Source: Alphaproteobacteria bacterium (GTDB lineage Bacteria > Pseudomonadota > Alphaproteobacteria > UBA2966 > CAIVPW01). From it: a stretch of 64,000 bases of DNA. Positions 9,494 through 17,122 of this stretch are shown piece after piece; position 1 is the first letter of the stretch; each line of letters opens with the position of its first letter. Location of the stretch: positions 2,903 to 66,902 of the forward strand of contig CANKGV010000014.1 in the NCBI GenBank assembly GCA_947481575.1, in the 5' to 3' direction. The notes under the pieces were generated by a model. It saw only the letters and a list, made by a program, of their open reading frames with translations, was not told the origin of the DNA and did not search any database. A program made the position numbers and the translations under genes.

Positions 9494-9949
9494 TCAGCGG
9501 CGGGCGCGGAAAAACTCCTGGAGCAGTTCGACGGCGCGGGTTTCGCCGATGCCGCTGACCACTTCGGGCCGGTGGTGGATGGTGGGCTGGGTGAAGATGC
9601 GGGGGCCGTGGTCGACACCGCCGCCCTTGGGATCGGCGGCGCCGTAGACCACCTTGCGCACCCGGGCCAAGGCAATCGCCGCTGCGCACATGGCGCACGG
9701 CTCCAACGTTACGTAGAGGTCGCAACCATCGAGACGTTCATTGCCCAGGGCCTTGGCCGCCGTCCGCAGCACCAGCATTTCGGCGTGGGCGGTGGGATCG
9801 TGGAGTTCGATCACCCGGTTACTGTCGGCGGCGAGCACGACGCCGCCCTGCACCAGCACAGCGCCGATCGGCACTTCGCCGCGAGCCGCTGCGGCTTCCG
9901 CTTGTTCCAGAGCACGCGTCATGTGGGGCGAGGGCAACATTCCCTGCAC
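9494..9949 (-). CDS. tadA: tRNA adenosine deaminase (nucleoside deaminase family)
   Basis: GEVPIGAV, HDPTAHAE, LYVTLEPCAMC zinc motif, DPKGG. The true start may be the second Met (MTRALE). Confidence 0.9.
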   Translation of the reverse strand: MQGMLPSPHMTRALEQAEAAAARGEVPIGAVLVQGGVVLAADSNRVIELHDPTAHAEMLVLRTAAKALGNERLDGCDLYVTLEPCAMCAAAIALARVRKVVYGAADPKGGGVDHGPRIFTQPTIHHRPEVVSGIGETRAVELLQEFFRARR

Positions 9950-9966
9950 CCTGCCGGAGATTACCT

Positions 9967-10728
9967 ATGACCGACAAGAAGACATCTGCCGCACCGCCAT
10001 CGGCGGGCCCCAAGGGCGAACGCATCGCCAAACGTCTGGCGGCCCAGGGACTGTGTTCGCGGCGCGAGGCCGAACGCTGGATCGCCGACGGGCGGATCGC
10101 GGTGAACGGCACGGTGCTGACGACGCCGGCGTTTACCGTGGGGCCAAGCGACGCCATCGCGGTGGACGGGAAGCTGATCGTCGACAAGGTCGCGAAGCCC
10201 AAGCTGTGGCGCTACCACAAGCCCACCGGGCTGATCACCACCCACAGCGACCCGCGCGGCCGCCCGACGGTGTTCGCCAACCTGCCCAAGGATCTGCCGC
10301 GGGTGATTTCGGTTGGGCGCCTGGACTTCGATTCGGAGGGTTTGTTGCTGCTGACCAACTCCGGCGACCTGGCGCGCAAGCTGGAGCATCCCGACCAGGC
10401 GTGGCTGCGCCGCTACCGGGCGCGCGTGCACGGGTATCCGCAACAGGCGACCTTGGACAAGCTCGCCGCCGGGATCACGGTGGAGGGCGTGCGCTACGGC
10501 CCGATCGAGGCGCAGATCGAACGCGCCCAGAAGGGCGCCAATGCTTGGATCACCCTAAGCCTGCGCGAAGGCAAGAACCGCGAAGTACGCCGCGTGCTCG
10601 AGCACCTGGGCTTGGGCGTGATGCGCTTGATCCGCGTCGCCTATGGTCCGTTCCAGTTGGGCACGCTGGAAGCCGGCAAGGTGGAAGGCGTGGCGGAAAA
10701 AGTGCTGCGCGAGCAGGTCGGCAGCTGA
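9967..10728 (+). CDS. rluB: rRNA pseudouridine synthase, RsuA/RluB family with S4 domain
   Basis: GERIAKRLA..GLCSRREAE S4 domain, catalytic GRLDFDSEGLLLLTN, EGKNREVRR. Confidence 0.88.
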   Translation: MTDKKTSAAPPSAGPKGERIAKRLAAQGLCSRREAERWIADGRIAVNGTVLTTPAFTVGPSDAIAVDGKLIVDKVAKPKLWRYHKPTGLITTHSDPRGRPTVFANLPKDLPRVISVGRLDFDSEGLLLLTNSGDLARKLEHPDQAWLRRYRARVHGYPQQATLDKLAAGITVEGVRYGPIEAQIERAQKGANAWITLSLREGKNREVRRVLEHLGLGVMRLIRVAYGPFQLGTLEAGKVEGVAEKVLREQVGS

Positions 10729-10730
10729 CC

Positions 10731-11321
10731 ATGGCGCCGCAAAAGCTTGGCACCGTCCGCATCATTGCGGGCCGCCACCGCGGCCGCCGCATCAGCGTGC
10801 CGGAAGACAACGTGCGCCCGACCGGCGACCGGGTGCGGGAAGCGATGTTCAATGTGCTGGCCCACAACTCGTGGCGCGGCGCCACCCTGCCCGCGGGCGC
10901 CCGCGTGTTGGACGCGTTTGCCGGGACCGGCGCGCTAGGCTTTGAGGCGCTGTCGCGCGGCGCGGCGGAAGTGATGTTCCTGGAAACCGACGCCCGCACC
11001 CGCAAGGCACTGGGCCGCACCATCGACGAGCTGGACGAGGCCAAGCGGGCGTATGTGCTGCCGCGGGATGCCACGAACCCCGGGCCGCCGATCGGCAAGC
11101 AGCGCTTCGACTTGATGTTTGCCGACGCGCCCTATGGCACAGGGCTAGGCGTGATCGCGATCGATGTGTGCGCGCGGTTCGGCTGGCTGACCAATGGCGC
11201 GGTGGTGGTGCTGGAACTGGACGGCACCGACCCGTTCGAGCCGCCCCGCGACTTCACCGTGGTGGACGACCGCAGTTACGGCCGCACGCGGCTGGTGTTC
11301 CTGGAATACACCGCCACCTAG
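10731..11321 (+). CDS. rsmD: 16S rRNA m2G966 methyltransferase
   Basis: VRIIAGRHRGR, RPTGDRVREAMFN, LDAFAGTGALGFEALSRGA, RSYGRT. Start ATG 10731. Confidence 0.93.
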   Translation: MAPQKLGTVRIIAGRHRGRRISVPEDNVRPTGDRVREAMFNVLAHNSWRGATLPAGARVLDAFAGTGALGFEALSRGAAEVMFLETDARTRKALGRTIDELDEAKRAYVLPRDATNPGPPIGKQRFDLMFADAPYGTGLGVIAIDVCARFGWLTNGAVVVLELDGTDPFEPPRDFTVVDDRSYGRTRLVFLEYTAT

Positions 11322-12290
11322 CTACCGCGCGGCGGCGAACTTCTCGACCGCGTTGCGCGACGGTTGGATCGAGCGCAGGTAGTCGTAGATGGTGCCGAGA
11401 TCGAACTCGGTCATCCCGGAGAATTCCCACCACGGCATGACCGTATTGGGCTCGCCCGGCGCCACCTTCATCTTGCGATGGTCCTCTTCGGTGTTGGACC
11501 GGAAGCGGGCGATGAACTGTTCGCGCGTCCATTTGCCGATACCGGTCTCGTTGTCTGGCGTGATGTTGGCGGAGCGCACCAAGTACTGGCCCGGCTCGTT
11601 GAACTCCCTTCCGCCGGCAAACGGCACCCCAACCGGGTTGCCTTGCGCGTCCATCCTGGTATGGCAGTGGCCGCAGCCGGCGGCCGTGACCATGTACTTG
11701 CCGTAGGCGATCGCTTCCTTGGACGGCGGACGCTGCACGAACTGCGCATCGTGCGGCAACGTACGGACGAGCAGGTTGACCGGAAAATCGAGTTGGTTCG
11801 GCGGCGGCACGTTCTTGACGGTCGGGATCGTGCGCAAATAGGCGATCACCGAATACAGGTCGTCACGTTCCAGGGTGCCGTAGTCGGCATAGGGCATGAC
11901 CGGGAACAGCGCGCGGCCGTCTTTGGAAACGCCGGCGGTGATGGCGCGCAGCAACTCGCCGTCGGTCCATTCGCGCAGGGCGCCCTGGGTGATGTTGCGC
12001 GAGTAGACGACGCCCGGCACGCCATGGCCCTGGTGGAAGGCGCGGCCGCCGCCGAACTGGGTTTCTGGCACCGGCGGACCGGCAAAGGCGTCGGCCACCG
12101 GCTGCGAATGGCAACCGCGGCAGCCCATGACGTTGTTGACGAGGTAGCCCCCACGGAGAAGGCGATCGGTGGTGCGGTCGATCGCCAGCTGCGAGGGGCC
12201 CGCCACATTGGGGTAGTGCAGGAAGAAGTACCCGGTAGCGGCGCCGATCAGCACCACAACGGCCAACAAAATCAACCCGACTACCCGCAT
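11322..12290 (-). CDS. Diheme c-type cytochrome with N-terminal membrane anchor
   Basis: Two heme motifs, CRGCH and CGHCH, each followed by NIT and MP(Y/W) segments as in cytochrome c subunits of membrane dehydrogenases. Hydrophobic N-terminus. Confidence 0.88.
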   Translation of the reverse strand: MRVVGLILLAVVVLIGAATGYFFLHYPNVAGPSQLAIDRTTDRLLRGGYLVNNVMGCRGCHSQPVADAFAGPPVPETQFGGGRAFHQGHGVPGVVYSRNITQGALREWTDGELLRAITAGVSKDGRALFPVMPYADYGTLERDDLYSVIAYLRTIPTVKNVPPPNQLDFPVNLLVRTLPHDAQFVQRPPSKEAIAYGKYMVTAAGCGHCHTRMDAQGNPVGVPFAGGREFNEPGQYLVRSANITPDNETGIGKWTREQFIARFRSNTEEDHRKMKVAPGEPNTVMPWWEFSGMTEFDLGTIYDYLRSIQPSRNAVEKFAAAR

Positions 12291-12344
12291 GGCATCCCCT
12301 CAGCGCAAACGCTGGCGCACCATAATTCGGATGGGGGCGCGGGG

Positions 12345-12411
12345 CTAGCGGGCGGCGGTGTTGACGATGCAGCGAAACACCGACCGCAGCACAAAGTCGC
12401 CGCGCCAGATG
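12345..12411 (-). pseudogene. Detached copy of the 3' end of the SNase-like gene at 17123-17620
   Basis: 12352-12411 matches 17130-17189 at 56 of 60 nt. Both have an in-frame TAG at the same relative position. It translates IWRGDFVLRSVFRCIVNTAAR* versus IWRGDFVLPSVFRRIVNTAAK*. Confidence 0.85.
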
Positions 12412-12451
12412 GCGAAGGCGGCCGCCAGTTTTGCCCCGACCCTGACCAAAG

Positions 12452-13939
12452 TCAGTTTGGCTGAAATCCCGCTGGCAGGTCCGCGTCCACCCACAAGGTG
12501 CCGTCAATTGTGGTGTCGGCTAGATTGGCCGAAGTGAGCCGGGAGTACGACAGGTCGGTCCGAGTAAGGTCGGCGCCTCGCAGGTTCACCCCGAAGAGAT
12601 CGGCCCCCTGCAAATCGGCGCCGGTGAGGTTGGCGCCAGCCATGACCGCGCGCCACATCACCACATCCTCCATTTTGGCCATGGTTAGGTTGGCGCGGTC
12701 CATACGTGCGTCGTGAAACCACGAATCCGTCAGGTCGGCGCCGGTGAAGTCCGCGTCGTTCATGCGCGCCTCGCGCAGATCGACCGCCTTCAGCACGGCG
12801 CCAGTGAGCCGGGCGCCGATGAACTGAATCTTGCCTGCGGCCGCACCGGTGAGGTCCGCGCGGGTAAGGTCGGCGCCATCGAAGCGGCTCTCGAACAGCA
12901 TCGTGCCAACCAACTTAGCCGCGGACAGATTCGCGCGCTTCAGATCCGCGCGGTTGATATTGGCCCCAGAGAGATCGGCGCCAGCGAGGTTGGCACCCGA
13001 GAGAGTCGCACCATGCAAGTTGGCACCGGAAAGATCGGCACCGGCGAGGTTGGCACCGGTCAGGTCGGCGCGCTTCAGGTTTACCCCGCGCAAATCGCAC
13101 CGAGCGCAGCTGCGCGCCCTTGCGATCAATTGGTCCTTTTCAGTCTGCCCCGGCGCAGGCAACCGGGCGACACGCTCTGCCGCGTCTACAATCGGATTGG
13201 CTAGAACGAGCTCGAATCTCGTCGAACTCTCGAATTGCCCTTCGGTCGGCAGACGGGTGACCGCATCGATCGCGCCTTGCCCTGGTCTGCGGAAGTTGTG
13301 GACCTCCATGGCCAACTTCAGGCCTGCCGCCGGATCGTCCTTGCGGCATGCGCGCTTGATATAGGACGCGTGATAGTCGGCCTCGCCGGCAAGCCGGGGC
13401 AAGTCCTGGCATTGCCAGTCAAACTCGCCGTACTGGCCCAACAGATACCCAGACAGGGTCACACCGTTCTCACGAATGCTCGGCGGCAGCCGGGAATCGG
13501 TGACCATGCGAACACCCACCAAGAAGCCAGTGTCGTCGAACAGCGCCGAGGCAATGATCGGGATCGCGAAGACCGAGGTGTACTGGTACAGCGCGACCTG
13601 GGTCGGCAGGCTACGCGCCCGCGCCCAATACTCGGGTTCGTCGTCGTACCGGAAATACACTTCGTGGTAGCCGCCGCCCGGTTCGGCCGGGCACTTGCCA
13701 AATTCGGTCCAGCCTCCCAGCGGCCGAGCCGGTGGGCCGCCATTGGTGCCACAGGCAAAATCGATGAACTCATCGACCGGCAATTCTCTGGCATGGGACC
13801 CCAGCTTCAAGTCCCATAACGACGGCGCGTACAACCCTGCATCTGCCGCCACGTTCTGACCCGTTGCGGCTCCAGCCGCTACGAACGCGCCGAGTACCGT
13901 GGCAAGGCCGAGGTTGCGCAGAGGAGAGCCAAAGCCCAT
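12452..13939 (-). CDS. Secreted protein: Cys-containing N-terminal domain of unknown function fused to pentapeptide repeats
   Basis: Signal peptide from ATG 13939; N-domain with FACGTNGGPP; then CARCDL followed by a long A(D/N)LxG pentapeptide array. Confidence 0.85.
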   Translation of the reverse strand: MGFGSPLRNLGLATVLGAFVAAGAATGQNVAADAGLYAPSLWDLKLGSHARELPVDEFIDFACGTNGGPPARPLGGWTEFGKCPAEPGGGYHEVYFRYDDEPEYWARARSLPTQVALYQYTSVFAIPIIASALFDDTGFLVGVRMVTDSRLPPSIRENGVTLSGYLLGQYGEFDWQCQDLPRLAGEADYHASYIKRACRKDDPAAGLKLAMEVHNFRRPGQGAIDAVTRLPTEGQFESSTRFELVLANPIVDAAERVARLPAPGQTEKDQLIARARSCARCDLRGVNLKRADLTGANLAGADLSGANLHGATLSGANLAGADLSGANINRADLKRANLSAAKLVGTMLFESRFDGADLTRADLTGAAAGKIQFIGARLTGAVLKAVDLREARMNDADFTGADLTDSWFHDARMDRANLTMAKMEDVVMWRAVMAGANLTGADLQGADLFGVNLRGADLTRTDLSYSRLTSANLADTTIDGTLWVDADLPAGFQPN

Positions 13940-13944
13940 CGGTA

Positions 13945-14484
13945 CTATCGCCCCGCGCCCGCGGCCGGTGCGTATTCCCTGCAGCGGGTTCCATTGGCGC
14001 CCCAGAACGCCACACATTCCTCGCGTGTGGGAGGCGGCTTGCCCACAAACGTGGCGACGATGAACGCGGCCAGCGCATCCGCTTCCCGCTTGGTCAAGGT
14101 CACGCTGCCCTGCCCCGGCGCTTGCGTACCAAGCTGGGCTCGAGTCATGCCGAAGCACCGGTCGTCCTCGTATGCTCGGGCATCGAAATAGGGCATCTCG
14201 GTCGTGGGCCGCCCGCACAGAATGGTTTCCGCAAGCTGTGCCGCGTCCAGCTGGGTCTCGCGGAGATTGGCGCCCCGGGGCGCCTGCGGGTCGTCCGGAA
14301 GCCCGTTGCCGCTCCAGCCGTGACAATCCTTGCACGGCACCTTGTTGACCCACACGCTCTTGCCGAGGTTTACCGCGGCCGCGTCCTGCGCGACGGCGGG
14401 GCCTCCCCCGGCTGAAAGCACAACTACGAACAGAGAGGCGACGGCAGCGACCGCCACGCCAAGAAACAAGAACTTGCCGACCAT
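13945..14484 (-). CDS. Monoheme c-type cytochrome
   Basis: Signal peptide, CKDCH heme motif, distal EMPYF (probable axial Met), plus additional Cys residues. Confidence 0.88.
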   Translation of the reverse strand: MVGKFLFLGVAVAAVASLFVVVLSAGGGPAVAQDAAAVNLGKSVWVNKVPCKDCHGWSGNGLPDDPQAPRGANLRETQLDAAQLAETILCGRPTTEMPYFDARAYEDDRCFGMTRAQLGTQAPGQGSVTLTKREADALAAFIVATFVGKPPPTREECVAFWGANGTRCREYAPAAGAGR

Positions 14485-14524
14485 TGACCCCCCGGCTTTG
14501 GCATTACATCTCGGGCGAAACGAA

Positions 14525-14555
14525 GTGGGGGGGCCGGCGAACCGGCCCCACCCAC
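14525..14555 (-). terminator. Intrinsic terminator or stabilising hairpin between the PQQ dehydrogenase and cytochrome c genes
   Basis: 13-bp stem with one bulge. On the minus strand the loop is UUCG and it is followed by UUCGUUUC. Confidence 0.6.
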
Positions 14556-14577
14556 ATTCTGCTTTCGGTTCTGCGCC

Positions 14578-16356
14578 CTAAAGCGAGAACACGTAGAGCA
14601 TCGCAGCGGGGAGTTGATCCTTCAACTCCGGCCAATCGTCGCCGCCCGCGCCGGGTGCACCGACCATGACAGCGATGAACTGCTTGGTGCCAATGGAGTA
14701 GGCCATTGGGGGTGCCTTGATCGCGGTGCCGGTTTCGAACCGCCACATCTCCGCCAGCGTCTCATCGTTGTGCGCGGTGATGCTGCCGTCGATGTTCGCG
14801 GTGAAAACGAGCCCGCCCGCGGTGGCAAGCATGCCCGACCGGTTGGAGTGCGGAAGCGGCAGCCGCGCCTTCAATGTGCCGGTCGTCACGTCCAGGATCG
14901 TGAGCAGGCCGTGCAGCGTTCCGGCGTGCGTTGCGGTTCCCGGCTTGGAGCGGCCCTTTTCATCGATCCCCCCATTTGCCAGCGTGACCGACGGGACAAT
15001 CTGCCTGGTATTGCAGCCGTCCTCGCCACCCGAGTAGGCGAGGCGCTTGACCGGGTTGTAGGCCGGTGGTTGCCAACGCAGACCGCCTTCCAGCGGCGGG
15101 CAAGCGGTCTTGGCCACCGTGTCGGCACGAGCCCAACGCGTCGCCGGAATGTAGGTCTGGAGTGCTTTGCCCGGATCGTATTCCAATGGCTTGCCGGTCT
15201 TGGGATCGATCCCGGCCGTCCAGGTCACCTTTTCGTTGAACTGAACCGCATTCAAGAACTGACCATTGGTGCGGTCGAGCTGGTAGGCAAAGCCGTTGCG
15301 GTCGAAATGCAACACCATCTTCTTGCCGGCCTGCCCTTTGAAGTCGGCGTCGATCAGCATGTGCACGCCCTGGGCGTCGTAGTCCCAGGACTCATTCGGC
15401 GTGTACTGGAAGAACCACTTGATCTTGCCAGTATCGATATCGAATGCGACCGCGCTGTTTGAATAGAGGTTGTCGCCAGGGCGGAATTCCGGATCAAACA
15501 TCGGCACGGGCTGCGCCGTGCCCTCGATGATCACGCGCTGGGCGACGTCATACGAGCCGGTCGTCCACAGCGAGGCCCCGCCGGTCTTCCAGGCGTTGTG
15601 GTCATCCTTCCAGGTCTCGTTGCCGGGCTCGCCCGGACGAGGAACTGTATACGTGCGCCAAATCTCCTTGCCGGTGACGGCATCGATCGCCTCCAACCAG
15701 CCAATGGTGCCCGAGTCACCCTTGGCATTGGCGACGAGAATCTTGCCCTCCACCGCCAATGGTGCCTGGGTCATACCCTCCTTCTCCACATTGATATTGG
15801 AGCCCTTGGGATGGGGCACGCGTGCGATCTGCAGGTCGAACTTGATGTCGCCGGACGTGCGATCGACAGCGACGACGCGTCCGTCGGTCATGCCGAGGTA
15901 CACCGAGTTGCCCCACATCGCTTGTCCGCGGGTACGCGCCTGCTCGTCCTTCGACAACGACACGTCGGTGCGCCAGACCGGGACGAACCGATTACCCGGG
16001 CGCACGTCAATCTTGTAGAAGACGCCGCCGGCGTCGTCGAAGTACATGAACCCGTCGTCGACCATCGGCGCGTTCTCAAGCTGTACGTTCGGACGGCCAA
16101 GCAGCGCCGTGGTCAAGGGCACCGTGAAGGCAACCTTCAGATTCTTTACGTTGTTCTGGTTGATCTCACTCAGCCGCGAATAACGGTGCGAGCTGTAGTT
16201 CTGGAAGGTCGTAATCCAATTCTGCGGTTCGGCGTCAGCGTTTTCGAGACGCTGTTTGGTGACATCGGCAGCATGTGCCGGAAGCGCCAAGACGGCAGCA
16301 AGAACTCCACTCAAAATCGTGGTTGTCGCCAACCGCGATGCGAAAATTTCTCGCAT
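14578..16356 (-). CDS. PQQ-dependent dehydrogenase, methanol/ethanol (type I ADH-like) beta-propeller family, atypical clade
   Basis: RLENADAEPQNW..RYSRL.EIN..NV..L, TGKEIW Trp-docking motif, RPGDNLYSNS, YTPNESWDYD, LATAGGLVF, C-terminal YVFSL. RBS GGGAGGAAGG precedes ATG 16356. Confidence 0.9.
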   Translation of the reverse strand: MREIFASRLATTTILSGVLAAVLALPAHAADVTKQRLENADAEPQNWITTFQNYSSHRYSRLSEINQNNVKNLKVAFTVPLTTALLGRPNVQLENAPMVDDGFMYFDDAGGVFYKIDVRPGNRFVPVWRTDVSLSKDEQARTRGQAMWGNSVYLGMTDGRVVAVDRTSGDIKFDLQIARVPHPKGSNINVEKEGMTQAPLAVEGKILVANAKGDSGTIGWLEAIDAVTGKEIWRTYTVPRPGEPGNETWKDDHNAWKTGGASLWTTGSYDVAQRVIIEGTAQPVPMFDPEFRPGDNLYSNSAVAFDIDTGKIKWFFQYTPNESWDYDAQGVHMLIDADFKGQAGKKMVLHFDRNGFAYQLDRTNGQFLNAVQFNEKVTWTAGIDPKTGKPLEYDPGKALQTYIPATRWARADTVAKTACPPLEGGLRWQPPAYNPVKRLAYSGGEDGCNTRQIVPSVTLANGGIDEKGRSKPGTATHAGTLHGLLTILDVTTGTLKARLPLPHSNRSGMLATAGGLVFTANIDGSITAHNDETLAEMWRFETGTAIKAPPMAYSIGTKQFIAVMVGAPGAGGDDWPELKDQLPAAMLYVFSL

Positions 16357-16555
16357 AACCTTCCTCCCAAGGTTTGGCAGAATACCGAAGCGTTTTGGAT
16401 TCAGTGGTCCCACCAGGATGGGGCCTCCCCCATGGCGGCCCCATGAGCACAGTGGCGGGAACCGAATAAGTAAGTCAACCTACGGTCGCAGGCTCGGCGC
16501 CTTGCCGACTGTTCGCGCCTGCAACGTTAGTTTCCGTTTCCTTACAGGTGCAGCG

Positions 16556-17101
16556 ATGGATCCGTTTGACGACTCAAGGGCATTTACGGTGTTCTTGCTA
16601 CGCTTCGTGGCCGTATTTGCGCTGTTCTGCGCTGCTCTGCCGGGACCGGTCGCAGCACAGGATTTGGCGGGGCGGGCCCAGGCACTGCAGGCGGATCAGT
16701 TGATCGTAAACGGTGCACGGATCTCGCTGTTCGGCATCGACGCGCCGGACCCCGACCAGGACCGCCAGTGCACCTTGGGGACACAGAACTTCGGCTGCTA
16801 TTCCAATGCACGGCGGCAGTTACAGATCTTGCTCGACGAGGGCCCGGTCGCTTGCATCGACAGCGGCAAGCGGAACTATGTGAACTTCCCGTACATGACT
16901 TGCACCATTGCCGGGAAGGACATCGGCGAGGCGATGGTACGCACGGGCAACGCGCTGGCCTTCCTTCCCCAGAGCAACAAGTACGCGGATGCCGAGAAAG
17001 CCGCCAAGGCCGACAAGGTCGGCATCTGGCAGACCGGCATCCGGTTCAAGATTCCCTGGGAATGGCGTAACGAAAACGACCGCCCGATCTTCGGACCCTA
17101 G
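16556..17101 (+). CDS. Thermonuclease (SNase-fold) family protein, degenerate active site
   Basis: LFGIDAPDPDQ, C..G..DIGEAMVRTGNA, Y..AEKAAKADKVGIW, PWEWR. Signal-like N-terminus. Start approximate. Confidence 0.82.
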   Translation: MDPFDDSRAFTVFLLRFVAVFALFCAALPGPVAAQDLAGRAQALQADQLIVNGARISLFGIDAPDPDQDRQCTLGTQNFGCYSNARRQLQILLDEGPVACIDSGKRNYVNFPYMTCTIAGKDIGEAMVRTGNALAFLPQSNKYADAEKAAKADKVGIWQTGIRFKIPWEWRNENDRPIFGP

Positions 17102-17122
17102 CGTTGCTGACGGGCCCGGCCG

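Noticed and set aside
9419-9970. 183-aa ORF on the + strand after purD
   Set aside because: Antisense to tadA, which has clear catalytic motifs.
10731-11321. RsmD motif IV reads DAPY rather than DPPY
   Set aside because: Single conservative change with the rest of the gene and its context intact; no reason to infer a new function.
12452-13100. Periodic DNA in the pentapeptide region (and in the Sel1 region 56680-57660) as a possible CRISPR or tandem repeat
   Set aside because: The periodicity is protein-level (15 nt and 108 nt), degenerate at synonymous positions, with no identical repeats, spacers or cas genes.
14578-16356. Assignment as mxaF/xoxF methanol dehydrogenase and evidence of methylotrophy
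   Set aside because: Lacks the vicinal disulfide and canonical Glu/Asn ligands, and there are no mxaI/xoxJ/xoxG-like or C1-pathway genes in the window.
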